The position numbers and the translations under genes were made by a program. Source: an uncultured Dehalococcoidia bacterium (GTDB lineage Bacteria > Chloroflexota > Dehalococcoidia > Lucifugimonadales > UBA3495). Taken from it: DNA of 64,000 bases. Positions 8,949-18,243 of this stretch are shown here, piece after piece. The notes below the pieces were generated by a model, which saw nothing but the letters and a program-made list of their open reading frames with translations, did no database searches and was not told the DNA's origin. The stretch lies in contig CATMOE010000008.1 in the NCBI GenBank assembly GCA_950072105.1, positions 21,797 to 85,796 on the forward strand. Direction: 5' to 3'. Numbering within the stretch: the first letter of the stretch is position 1; each line of letters starts with the position of its first letter.

Positions 8949-9595
8949 GATGACGCCTTTTGGTCTATCAGCGACAGCAGGGCGTTGACGGTGGCCGCGG
9001 CGGCCGAGCTGCCGCCACGCCTTCCGTGCACGGTGATATAGGGGATGGGACCGGCGGCCAGTTCTTCCTTAGACTCGGCGCAGGCCACGAATCCCACGGG
9101 CATACCGATGATTAATTTTGGCAAGGCTTTCCCTTCTTGAATCAAGTCCAGCAATGCTAACAAGGCGGTGGGGGCATTGCCAACGGCCACGACTGATCCG
9201 TTCAGATAGGGAGCTAATTCCCGAATGGCCGCAACCGAACGGGTGGTTCCCTCGCTTTGGGCGCGGGCCGCGACTTCCGGGGTGTCTATGCGGCATTGGG
9301 TGGCGACTTGATGGCTTTTGAGCAAGGCTTTGGATATTCCCATCTCCACCATCCGCACATCGGTAACGACCACGGCCCCGTCCCGAAGAGCGCCGATACC
9401 CAGGTCCACCGCTCCTGGGCTGAAGGACACGTCCAATGCTATCTGAGGGTCCCCTTCGGCCCGGACGATTCGGCTAACGACGTAGCGCTCGTTGCCGCTT
9501 AACGAGAGAGAGCCGGGCAGGGAAGCCTCCACCATTTTCAGGCTTTCCCGGTCGATCTCGTCCGGCAGCAAAGCGTATTTTTCAACCAGTGACAT
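8945..9595 (-). CDS. cbiC: Cobalt-precorrin-8 methylmutase
   Basis: AVGNAPTAL, GMPVGFVACAESK, GRRGGS. Confidence 0.93.
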   Translation of the reverse strand: MSLVEKYALLPDEIDRESLKMVEASLPGSLSLSGNERYVVSRIVRAEGDPQIALDVSFSPGAVDLGIGALRDGAVVVTDVRMVEMGISKALLKSHQVATQCRIDTPEVAARAQSEGTTRSVAAIRELAPYLNGSVVAVGNAPTALLALLDLIQEGKALPKLIIGMPVGFVACAESKEELAAGPIPYITVHGRRGGSSAAAATVNALLSLIDQKASS

Positions 9596-9659
9596 ATCAG
9601 TTACTCAGACTCCGGCCGGGGTTTGAATACTAGGAGCCTCCGGCGATGCCAGGAAGGCA

Positions 9660-10943
9660 TCAACACTCCTCGGCCCCCAATTTAAAAATCTCCCGGGCCA
9701 TGCGGAGGTCGCTGGGGCTTCGATGCTCCTTGAGGTAAACGGTGGGACCATGGAGAATCTTCTTGACGATAGCCTGGGTCATCGCCTCCAGGGTTGCGGT
9801 GTCATCCGGGGATAGATCTGGGTTCATCTTCCGCAGGGTTTTTTTGAGTTCCTGCGCTCTGATGGTTTCAGCTTTGTCCCGTAGCGCGATCACCGTGGGA
9901 AGGGCTTGTTGGGCAAGGCGCCACTGAAGGAAACCTTCGGTCTCCTTGATGATCAACTCCTCCGCCTGCTCGGCTTCGTTGGCGGCGGCGATCCGGCGGG
10001 CTTCAGATACCCTGTCCAGGTCGTCCACGTCGTGAAGAAAAACGTTATCGACCAAGCCCGCTGCCGGGTCTATGTCTCTGGGTACAGCGATGTCTATCAG
10101 AAACATGGGCCGGTCAGGCCGGGAGGCCATGGCGTTACTGACCAGATCCGCGCCCAAGATGTATTCCGGCGAACCGGTACAGGCGACCACAAGATCGCTT
10201 TCCCGGAGGGCATCGGGCATTTCTGGAAGTGGCACGGCATGCCCGGACAGGGTCTTGGCCAGTTCCACCGCCCGATGATGGGTACGGTTAACCACGGTGA
10301 TGTCCGACACGCCGGAAGAGCGCAATCCCATCGCTGCCAGGCCTCCGGCTTCTCCCGTGCCCAACACCATGGCGCTCAATCCGGTCAGATCTCCTAAGTC
10401 GCCCACGGCCAATTCCACGCAGGCCTGGCTGACGGACATGGCATGCCGGCCGATGCCGGACTCCCGGCGTACCTTGCGTCCCACCCGTAGGGCTTGTTGG
10501 AAGAGTTGATACAACGGCCCGGTCACGGTTTCGCCGCGTACGGCCGTGTCAAAAGCTTCCCGCACCTGCCCGATTATCTGGTCTTCGCCCAACATCATCG
10601 AATCCAGGCTGGAGGCCACTCGAAAAAGGTGGCTGACGCACTCCCGTCCGCGATGAAGATAGAGGTATCTTTCGACGTCCACCAGCCGGATGTGGAAACA
10701 ATCGACCAAAAACTCTTTTATATTTTTCTCGCCTTCGCCCCATCCGGCAGACGAGTCCGACCCTTCTTGGGGATCCAAGGCGTAAAATTCGGAGCGGTTG
10801 CAGGTGGACAGGATGACGCCGGGCATTCCGTAAGCCGCCATGGTTGTCAAAGCGGAAGGAAGTTGCTCCGAATTCAGCGTTATCTTTTCCCGCACCTCCA
10901 GCGGCGCGGTACGGTGGTTCAATCCTACGACCAGGAATTCCAA
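9660..10943 (-). CDS. hemA: Glutamyl-tRNA reductase
   Basis: GLNHRTAPLEVRE, STCNRSE, LDSMMLGEDQI, DIAVPRDI; TTG 10943 follows GGGAG RBS. Confidence 0.95.
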   Translation of the reverse strand: MEFLVVGLNHRTAPLEVREKITLNSEQLPSALTTMAAYGMPGVILSTCNRSEFYALDPQEGSDSSAGWGEGEKNIKEFLVDCFHIRLVDVERYLYLHRGRECVSHLFRVASSLDSMMLGEDQIIGQVREAFDTAVRGETVTGPLYQLFQQALRVGRKVRRESGIGRHAMSVSQACVELAVGDLGDLTGLSAMVLGTGEAGGLAAMGLRSSGVSDITVVNRTHHRAVELAKTLSGHAVPLPEMPDALRESDLVVACTGSPEYILGADLVSNAMASRPDRPMFLIDIAVPRDIDPAAGLVDNVFLHDVDDLDRVSEARRIAAANEAEQAEELIIKETEGFLQWRLAQQALPTVIALRDKAETIRAQELKKTLRKMNPDLSPDDTATLEAMTQAIVKKILHGPTVYLKEHRSPSDLRMAREIFKLGAEEC

Positions 10944-11013
10944 ATAATACTCCCTAGCTTGCCTCAACAAGAGTCCCTAGATGTGCCATTGTTCAGAGTT
11001 AAGGGCCGTTTGG

Positions 11014-11042
11014 AGTGTATTCTCGCGGCTATGCACTGTCAA
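11014..11042 (-). promoter_or_regulatory. Sigma70-type promoter of the hemA-cbi operon
   Basis: TTGACA-17 bp-TACACT on the minus strand. Confidence 0.7.
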
Positions 11043-11095
11043 CGCTGGACGCCTGGCGGTGGGGTCGCCGAAACCGAATTACATAGGCATGTGGT

Positions 11096-12490
11096 CTAGT
11101 CATCCGCCGGTGTTGAGGACAGACTTGGTGTCGGCACTACCTCGGCTTCGGCGGATTCCGGCGGTTGCAGTTGGGTCCCCAGATTTCGCACTTTGCTGTT
11201 GAGCAGACCCGGACCAATGGCGAAGGCTGCCACGAACAGCCCTCCGATCGCGATGGCGAAGGGCACCGTGATAAAGCTGAAGCCGGCCAGGGCGCTGGCC
11301 TGCATTCCTCCCAGGGGCATTATGCTCCAGGTCATTCCGTAGAACCCCATCACCCTCCCGCGCATCCGGTCTGGCACCAGCATCTGAAGAGAACTTTGGA
11401 TGGAGATCATATAGCCGGAGTTGCAGGCGCCCATGACGAACAATATGGCCATCACCACGTAGAGAGACCCGATAAACTGGGCGGCCATGGCGAAGGTGGC
11501 CACCAGCAATCCGAAAGCCACGGCGCCGCCGATGATAAATGGGCCCTTGTTCACCACATTGCCGCGGGCCCCGAACCAAATGGTGGTGAGCAGCGCGCCG
11601 ATTCCACCGACGCCCAACATCAGCCCTTGTCCCCGGGCGCCCACGTCCAGGATATCCACCGCGAAGACAGGCATGAGCATGATATAGGCCATGCCGAAGA
11701 AGCTGTTGAAGAAGGTCATGCTGATGAGGAAAGAGAATATGGAATTGCGCTTTATGAAGCGGAGACCCTCCAGCATGTCCTGGGCGGCGTTGCCCCGGGA
11801 ACCCCGGGGAATCGGCGGTACCTGGAGGAAGAACATGACTACCGACATCGTCAAGAACCCGGCCCCGGCTATAAAGAAGGCGGCTTCGGTGTTGATGAAG
11901 TCGATGATGAATCCGGCTATGGCTGGGGCGATGATCCGGGTGCTCTGCCAGATGACGGAGTTCATGGCCACCGCGCTCATCATGACCTTGCGATCTATCA
12001 GGTGAGGGTAGATGGCCTGACGAGCCGGAGTATCGAAAGCCTCCACGGCGCCGGCCAGAAAAGCGATCGCCAGAATGTGCCACGGCTGCACGACATCTAA
12101 TAGGGTGAGTATCGCCAGTAGAAAAATCAGGCCGGCAGTGGTGGCCTGAGTGCATACGATCAGCAGGCGCTTGTCCAGTTTGTCGGCGAATACGCCGCCA
12201 AAGAGGTTGAAGAACATACCGGGGAGGGCGTTGGCGACGCCCGCATACCCCAAGAACCAAGGCGAGTCGGTGATGAGGTAGATCAGCCAGAGTTGGCCGA
12301 CACGGAACATCTGGTAACCGCTAACCGCCGCCAACATCCCGAGCCAGTAGGCCCGGTATTTGGGGTATTGCAGCGCCGGAGGTAAGAAGGATTTCGCAAA
12401 CCCCCGTCTCCGGCGGCGGAATGCGGGTCCCATGGCGACGGCCATGAAGACGACGCCAAAGGCCAGAATCACCAGGCCGATGAAGGTCAT
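11096..12490 (-). CDS. MFS transporter (EntS/MFS_3-like)
   Basis: GGVFADKLDKR motif A, about 12-13 hydrophobic segments, PDRMRGRVMG. Confidence 0.88.
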   Translation of the reverse strand: MTFIGLVILAFGVVFMAVAMGPAFRRRRRGFAKSFLPPALQYPKYRAYWLGMLAAVSGYQMFRVGQLWLIYLITDSPWFLGYAGVANALPGMFFNLFGGVFADKLDKRLLIVCTQATTAGLIFLLAILTLLDVVQPWHILAIAFLAGAVEAFDTPARQAIYPHLIDRKVMMSAVAMNSVIWQSTRIIAPAIAGFIIDFINTEAAFFIAGAGFLTMSVVMFFLQVPPIPRGSRGNAAQDMLEGLRFIKRNSIFSFLISMTFFNSFFGMAYIMLMPVFAVDILDVGARGQGLMLGVGGIGALLTTIWFGARGNVVNKGPFIIGGAVAFGLLVATFAMAAQFIGSLYVVMAILFVMGACNSGYMISIQSSLQMLVPDRMRGRVMGFYGMTWSIMPLGGMQASALAGFSFITVPFAIAIGGLFVAAFAIGPGLLNSKVRNLGTQLQPPESAEAEVVPTPSLSSTPADD

Positions 12491-12652
12491 GATGCGGGTG
12501 CGGAAGTTAACAGACCCGGTAGGATCATCCCGCGCCGATAGACCACTGGAGAGGGGACTATTTGTAGATCGGAGAGATGTCCCGGATCAGCGTTAACGCC
12601 GTGATCAGATAAATACGTGCTTTTCCTCGATTGGCCAGGCCGTGGGTGAGTT

Positions 12653-12907
12653 TTAAACCTTGGCGGCCGGCTTATCCCGCTGGACCAGCATACCTTCCAG
12701 GATTCGCTCAAGAGCCATGGTATGGCTGCACACGCCCCTGGTGTCGAAATAGTGGCACTGACAGTCCCATCCGGCTTCGTCGTAGGTGATCTGATAAGTA
12801 TTGTGGTTACCATCGAAGCTCGCCTGCAGAGTGGTGATCGTCACCCGCTCCTTCTGCTCGGCGTAGGTCCTGGACTTCTCGATCTTGCTCACTATGCTGG
12901 AGTCCAT
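12653..12907 (-). CDS. Small SWIM-type Zn-finger protein
   Basis: WDCQCHYF..GVCSH; GGAGGTG RBS before ATG 12907. Confidence 0.7.
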   Translation of the reverse strand: MDSSIVSKIEKSRTYAEQKERVTITTLQASFDGNHNTYQITYDEAGWDCQCHYFDTRGVCSHTMALERILEGMLVQRDKPAAKV

Positions 12908-13063
12908 TGTCACCTCCGAACCATTTATGATTATGGGCCGTGAGATGGGCCGCCGCCCTTAAACCCCGATTGTACTATCCACCCTTATTGTAGTCGTTAT
13001 GACCGGATAAATTCAAATTTTGATTCAGGCGTTGCGAGCGCGGAAAATATTCAGAGCGTTCGA

Positions 13064-13092
13064 TTGACGCTATTTGGCCCTTGGCATACAAT
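13064..13092 (+). promoter_or_regulatory. Sigma70-type promoter of alaS
   Basis: TTGACG-17 bp-TACAAT. Confidence 0.65.
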
Positions 13093-13142
13093 TTCAACCA
13101 CTTCAACGCGTCCCGTAATCTCAGTAAAGCGAGTCTAGAAAC

Positions 13143-16112
13143 ATGACCGGCGACGAGATCAGGAACCTATTTACCCGCTTCTTTCAAGACCGAGGCCACT
13201 TGGCCATGCCCAGCGCCTCGCTGATCCCCTCTGGAGACCCAACCTTGCTGTTTACCAGCGCCGGTATGGTCCCCTTCAAGCCCTATTTTACCGGGGAGCA
13301 GACGCCGCCCAGCATCAGGATGACTAGCAGCCAGAAGAGCTTCCGTACCACCGACATCGACGAGGTGGGCGACCACAAACACCTGACCTTTTTCGAGATG
13401 CTGGGCAACTTCAGCATCGGCGACTACTTCAAAGAGGGCGCAATTGGCTTCGCTTGGGAGTTGGTAACCAAGGAGTTTGGCCTGGACCCGGAGCGGATCT
13501 TCGTTACTATCCATCTGGATGACGACGACGCCTACCAGATCTGGCGGGATCAGGTGGGAGTCCCAGAGGAGCGCATCTACCGGTACGGCGACAGCGACAA
13601 CTGGTGGGGACCCGCGGGCAACGAGGGCGCCACCGGTCCTTGTTCTGAGATCCATTATGACGGCGGACGTGACAAGGGTTGCCAGGATATGGTCACACCG
13701 GATGTCTTGACGGCCATTCTGCGGGAAGACCGGGATGCCGGCGCCAAGGCGGGTTTTCCGGATGTCCCCGGCTGCCACCCCAACTGCAACTGCGAGCGTT
13801 TCGTGGAGCTATGGAACCTGGTGTTCATGCAGTATTACCAGGACACCCAGGGCGTCCGCGAACCCCTGCCCGCTCCCAGCGTCGACACCGGAATGGGTCT
13901 GGAACGGGCGGCGGTCATTCTCCAGGGCAAGTCCAACATCTACGAGACAGATCTCTTCGTGCCAATCATCGAGAAGGCCTGTCAGCTAACCGGCAAGACT
14001 TACGGGCAGGACCAGCAAACCGACTACGCCCTGCGGGTTGTGGCTGAACATGCCAGGTCCGCCGCATTTCTGATCGGCGACGGTGTCTCTCCCGGAAATG
14101 AGGGGCGAGGCTACGTCCTGCGCCGGATCATCCGCCGGGCCATCCGCCACGGACGTCAGTTGGGCGTGGCCGAGCTTTTCCTAGCCGAAGTCACCGAAGT
14201 AGTGCTAGGCCACTTCAGCCACGTTTATCATGAACTGGAAGAGAACCATGACTTCATTTTGCGGGTGATCCGCTCGGAGGAGGAGCGATTCGGGCGTACC
14301 TTCGAGCAGGGCAACGGTATCCTCCGCGGCTTATTCAAGCTTAGGGAGGCCGCGATCCCTATTCTGATTCAAGCCAAGAGCGATGCGGCCCAAGCAAGTG
14401 CTTTGATTACCACATTGACAGCGGCATCGTCGATCTCCGGCGATGCGGACGAATCCATTGGAGTAGACCTGGCGGTCAACTCTCTCGCTCAACGTCTGGC
14501 CGGCACCGATCGTGGCCAGATAAATGAATCCTTGGATGAGTGGTCCGGCCGGATCAGCGGCATTGAAACGTTCATCTTGTATGCCACCCACGGCTTTCCT
14601 CCGGAACTCACCGCTGAGATCGCCCGGGAGCAAGGGCTGGAAGTGGACATGGACGGCTTCCAGCGCGAAATGGAAGTCCACGAAGAGCAGTCCAAGTCCG
14701 ACCGGGCCTTCACCGGCAGTATGGAAATGCTGTCGGCCTATGAAGACTTGGGCTTGGGGGCAACGCCCTTCGTCGGATACGACGGATTGAGCCAAGAATC
14801 AACTTTGGCCGCCATTTTGGTGGGTCCTTCGACAGGCTCAGGACGAACGGAGGCGGAAGGTTCAGGACGAACGGAACCAGAGGAGCCAGGACAGATGGAA
14901 CCGTCGAGCCATGCCACCCAAGGCCAGCGGGTCGAGGTGGTCCTTGCGGAGACGCCGTTCTACGCCGAGGGCGGCGGCCAGCTCGGCGACCAGGGAACGA
15001 TCACCGGTCCAAACGGGGTAGTACGGGTTGAGGACACTCAGAGCCCGGTTGCCGGTCTCATCGTCCACCGGGGCGTAGTGGAGCAGGGAGACATTTCCCT
15101 GGGGGACCAGGTAACCGCCCAAGTTGACATAATCCGCCGATTGGACGCATCCCGAAACCACAGCGGCACCCATCTGCTGCATGCTAGCCTGCGGTCGGTG
15201 CTGGGCGCCCACGTGCACCAGGCCGGTTCCCTGGTTGATCCAGACCGCCTCCGCTTCGACTTCAGCCACGTCACCGCCCTGTCTCCCCAGGAGATATTGT
15301 CGGTGCAGGCCTTGTCCAACGAAAAGGTGCGGGAAAATCTGCTGGTATCAACCCAAGAGACCACTTACGCCGAGGCGGTGCGCCAGGGAGCCCTGGCCTT
15401 TTTTGGCGACAAGTATGGCGACGTGGTCCGCATGGTCAGCATGTCCAACGGCGAGGCTTTCAGCGTTGAATTATGTGGTGGTACCCACGTTTCTGCCACC
15501 GGCCAGGTGGGTACCCTGTTCGTGCTGGGCGAGTCCTCTATAGGAGGCGGGATGCGCCGCATAGAGGCGGTCACCGGGCGGGCTGCCGAGGAGTTGTTTA
15601 TCCAGCAGGCTGCGAAGCTGGAGGCGCTCTCCCAGAGATTGCAGACTCCCGTGGCCGACTTGGAAGAGCGGCTGGATAGTTTCATAAGCGATACCGAAGA
15701 CCTGAGACGCCGGTTGGCGGCTCTGGAAAGGTCGACCCTGCGGTCCGAGGCCGAGGAGATACTCGGCCGGGTGGTGGATGTTGACGGGGTAAAAGTCGTG
15801 GCGGCCCGGACATCGGCGCCCGGTCCCGAAGCCATGCGTGAGATGGGAGACTTTTTGAAAGCCAAGCTATCCAGCGTCGTGGTAATGTTGGGATCGGTGG
15901 TGGACGGTAGCCCCATTTTGATCGCCATGGTTACCCCGGATCTGGTGGACAAGGGTTTGCACGCCGGGAACTTGGCTCGGGACACCGCCAAGGTTGTGGG
16001 CGGAGGAGGCGGGGGCCGTCCGGACATGGCTCAGGCTGGCGGACGAGACGCGGGCAAGCTGGATGAGGCTCTGTCTGGGGTCCCTGAGTTGGTGAGGCAG
16101 AGCCTGTCCTGA
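13143..16112 (+). CDS. alaS: Alanine--tRNA ligase (989 aa, with insertions)
   Basis: DPTLLFTSAGM, TFFEMLGNFS, DTGMGLER, HSGTHLLH, ELCGGTHV, GGGGGRPDMAQAGG. Confidence 0.98.
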   Translation: MTGDEIRNLFTRFFQDRGHLAMPSASLIPSGDPTLLFTSAGMVPFKPYFTGEQTPPSIRMTSSQKSFRTTDIDEVGDHKHLTFFEMLGNFSIGDYFKEGAIGFAWELVTKEFGLDPERIFVTIHLDDDDAYQIWRDQVGVPEERIYRYGDSDNWWGPAGNEGATGPCSEIHYDGGRDKGCQDMVTPDVLTAILREDRDAGAKAGFPDVPGCHPNCNCERFVELWNLVFMQYYQDTQGVREPLPAPSVDTGMGLERAAVILQGKSNIYETDLFVPIIEKACQLTGKTYGQDQQTDYALRVVAEHARSAAFLIGDGVSPGNEGRGYVLRRIIRRAIRHGRQLGVAELFLAEVTEVVLGHFSHVYHELEENHDFILRVIRSEEERFGRTFEQGNGILRGLFKLREAAIPILIQAKSDAAQASALITTLTAASSISGDADESIGVDLAVNSLAQRLAGTDRGQINESLDEWSGRISGIETFILYATHGFPPELTAEIAREQGLEVDMDGFQREMEVHEEQSKSDRAFTGSMEMLSAYEDLGLGATPFVGYDGLSQESTLAAILVGPSTGSGRTEAEGSGRTEPEEPGQMEPSSHATQGQRVEVVLAETPFYAEGGGQLGDQGTITGPNGVVRVEDTQSPVAGLIVHRGVVEQGDISLGDQVTAQVDIIRRLDASRNHSGTHLLHASLRSVLGAHVHQAGSLVDPDRLRFDFSHVTALSPQEILSVQALSNEKVRENLLVSTQETTYAEAVRQGALAFFGDKYGDVVRMVSMSNGEAFSVELCGGTHVSATGQVGTLFVLGESSIGGGMRRIEAVTGRAAEELFIQQAAKLEALSQRLQTPVADLEERLDSFISDTEDLRRRLAALERSTLRSEAEEILGRVVDVDGVKVVAARTSAPGPEAMREMGDFLKAKLSSVVVMLGSVVDGSPILIAMVTPDLVDKGLHAGNLARDTAKVVGGGGGGRPDMAQAGGRDAGKLDEALSGVPELVRQSLS
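14824..14875 (+). repeat. REP-like repeat inserted in-frame in alaS
   Basis: GTCCTTCGACAGGCTCAGGACGAACGG plus partial tandem copy AGGTTCAGGACGAACGGA (14858-14875). Confidence 0.65.
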
Positions 16113-16134
16113 GTTTGACAATGGAGCTGAGACG

Positions 16135-16548
16135 CTGAGACTGCTGGCTTTGGACCTGGGAGAGAAACGTATCGGACTGGCGGTAAGCGACCCTGAAGGG
16201 AGGCTGACCCTGCCGGCGGGACACCTTCAGCGTACCAAGCTGGTTGAGGATGTGCGCCGGGTGTTGGAAGCGGCCGGGGAGCGAAGGGTAGAGGGATTGG
16301 TGGTGGGCATTCCTTATAGCATTAACGGCGAAACCGGCCCTCAGGCAAAACGGGCCCTGGTTTTCGTGAGGGCTCTCCGGAAACAAACCTCCCTGCCGGT
16401 GCACGAAACCGACGAGCGGTACACCTCGGTGGAAGCCGAGGCGCTGATGCGGGAGGCGGGCCACCAGCCCTCCAGGGACCGCGCCGCCGTGGACGAAGCC
16501 TCGGCAGTTTTGATTCTACAGCGGTTTTTGGACGCGCGGACCGGCTGA
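16135..16548 (+). CDS. ruvX: YqgF/RuvX pre-16S rRNA nuclease (Holliday junction resolvase-like)
   Basis: LALDLGEKRIGLAVSD, DERYTS, VDEASAVLILQ; probable CTG start 16135. Confidence 0.92.
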   Translation: MRLLALDLGEKRIGLAVSDPEGRLTLPAGHLQRTKLVEDVRRVLEAAGERRVEGLVVGIPYSINGETGPQAKRALVFVRALRKQTSLPVHETDERYTSVEAEALMREAGHQPSRDRAAVDEASAVLILQRFLDARTG

Positions 16549-16559
16549 TGACATTGTAC

Positions 16560-16588
16560 GTAGGGGCGGGTTTAAAACCCGCCCCTAC
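16560..16588. repeat. GTAG-type REP palindrome
   Basis: GTAGGGGCGGGTTT-A-AAACCCGCCCCTAC perfect 14-bp arms between convergent genes. Confidence 0.75.
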
Positions 16589-16620
16589 AGCTACCTGAGA
16601 TCTTTGGTCAATCCTATTAA

Positions 16621-17397
16621 CTAGTCCAGATAGGTTCGGTCGAAGTCTTCGGACAACAGATCCATCGCGTCCATGTCCCAGTCGAAGGAAAGCACCACCG
16701 AGCGGTCGGACGTCGCGGACAGCAGGCGCTTCCCATTCTTGGCCACCACGCTCTCGGCCTCCCGGTAGTCCAACTCCTCCGGCTCTTCCCCGGTGCGGTT
16801 GCACACCATTATCGGCAAACCGGTATCCAAGGAACGCTGCTCCCACTCGCCGTCGGGTCCGCAGCGGCCCGGACCCCACGACACAGGGGATACCAACAGC
16901 TCGGCGCCGTTGTCTTTCAACGCCTGAGCAACTTCGTTCTTGTAGGCGTCGGCGCAGATCAGGATCCCTGCCTGCACCCCACCGCATTCCACGGGTACGA
17001 TCTTCGTGCCGGCGGTGGACCAAGACTCGGCGCCGCCCAGGGCTTTAATCTTGCTGTGCTTGCCGACGATATGGCCTTCTTGGTTGATAACGAACACCGT
17101 GTTGTACAGCTTGTCGGTTGCGGGGTCACGTTCGGGATGGGACAGGAAGACCGAAACGTTCCGTTTCTTGACCAACTTGCAGAATTCCTCCATCCAGGGA
17201 CCTGGCTGGGGGGTGATCCAGTCGGTGCCGATCTGCTTCATGAACAGGTAACCGGGTATGCATAGCTCGGGGGTAATCACCCAGTCGGCCCCATCGTCGG
17301 CGGCCACATTAACCGCGCGCTCCACCAGCCGGCGGTTGTGTTCAATGTCGCATGTGACCGGGGCTAGGTGTAGAAATGAAACCCGCAGCTTTCGCAT
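16621..17397 (-). CDS. Carbon-nitrogen hydrolase (nitrilase superfamily)
   Basis: TPELCIPGY (Glu), HSK (Lys), ICAD (Cys) triad. Confidence 0.88.
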   Translation of the reverse strand: MRKLRVSFLHLAPVTCDIEHNRRLVERAVNVAADDGADWVITPELCIPGYLFMKQIGTDWITPQPGPWMEEFCKLVKKRNVSVFLSHPERDPATDKLYNTVFVINQEGHIVGKHSKIKALGGAESWSTAGTKIVPVECGGVQAGILICADAYKNEVAQALKDNGAELLVSPVSWGPGRCGPDGEWEQRSLDTGLPIMVCNRTGEEPEELDYREAESVVAKNGKRLLSATSDRSVVLSFDWDMDAMDLLSEDFDRTYLD

Positions 17398-17603
17398 ACT
17401 TTCCTTTTGTGTATCCGGAGGATGGAGAGTACCCGTTTGGGTGATCTCCCATCGCCGGGTTGCACCTGTATGGTTGACGGCAATTATAGCACCAGCTAGT
17501 TTTAGCCCGGAAGCCGTATTGGGTTTACTTGACGCATGGAGGCGGGGGCGGGAGAATAGAAAAGCGCATCTCCATAGATCGCCGTCTCCGGCGAACAGCG
17601 CGT

Positions 17604-17677
17604 TGCCCGGTGGTGTAGTGGTAGCACATCAGCCTTTGGAGCTGAGGGCCCTGGTTCGAGCCCAGGCCGGGTAGCCA
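17604..17677 (+). tRNA. tRNA-Gln(TTG)
   Basis: Acceptor TGCCCGG/CCGGGTA, anticodon arm TCAGC-CTTTGGA-GCTGA, GGTTCGAGCC T-loop, encoded CCA. Confidence 0.97.
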
Positions 17678-17745
17678 GCATTCCCCTCTATATAGGGCAC
17701 AGCGCTTGTGTCTGACCCATTTTTTACTGAGTGCAGGAGACTCCA

Positions 17746-18192
17746 TTGGCGAAATCCAAAGCCAAAACCGTTGACGAGTACTTGGCTGAACTTCCGGAAG
17801 ACCGGCGTGCCGAAATCGCCATCGTCCGAAAAGTCATACTGGCCAACTTGCCCGACGGTTATCAGGAAATGATGCAGTTTGGCATGATTGGGTACGTCGT
17901 CCCTTTGGAGCGTTATCCGGTGACCTATAACGGTCAGCCCCTGATGTTTGCCGCCTTAGCTTCTCAGAAGAACTATATGTCGTTGTACCTCATGAACATA
18001 TGCAGTGACGAGGCAGTAGAAAAGTGGTTCGTTGAGGGGTATAAGGCCAGCGGGAAAAAATTGGACATGGGTAAGGCTTGTGTCCGGTTTAAGAGTCTGC
18101 AAGACCTACCGATCGACCTGGTCGGAGAAGCCATAGCCCTTACTCCGGTAGCCGGCTTCATAGAACGGTACGAGCTGTGCCGGAAGAGATAG
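17746..18192 (+). CDS. DUF1801 (YdhG-like) protein
   Basis: TVDEYLAELPEDRR, LASQKNYMSLY, LDMGKACVRFK; TTG 17746 after AGGAG. Confidence 0.8.
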   Translation: MAKSKAKTVDEYLAELPEDRRAEIAIVRKVILANLPDGYQEMMQFGMIGYVVPLERYPVTYNGQPLMFAALASQKNYMSLYLMNICSDEAVEKWFVEGYKASGKKLDMGKACVRFKSLQDLPIDLVGEAIALTPVAGFIERYELCRKR

Positions 18193-18243
18193 GACACTTC
18201 GATGATCCGTAGACGTTCACTGCATCTGGAACCTAACCTTCAA

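Noticed and set aside
10944..11095. Cobalamin riboswitch upstream of hemA-cbi
   Set aside because: No B12-box or conserved GGGAA/GCCACTG elements; predicted leader too short.
11100..12260. Long alternative-frame ORFs (386 aa minus, 311 aa plus) over the MFS gene
   Set aside because: Shadow ORFs caused by GC-rich codon bias; Arg/His-rich with no motifs.
16322..17023. 233-aa minus-strand ORF
   Set aside because: Overlaps the nitrilase gene and ruvX in other frames and runs through the REP; no motifs.
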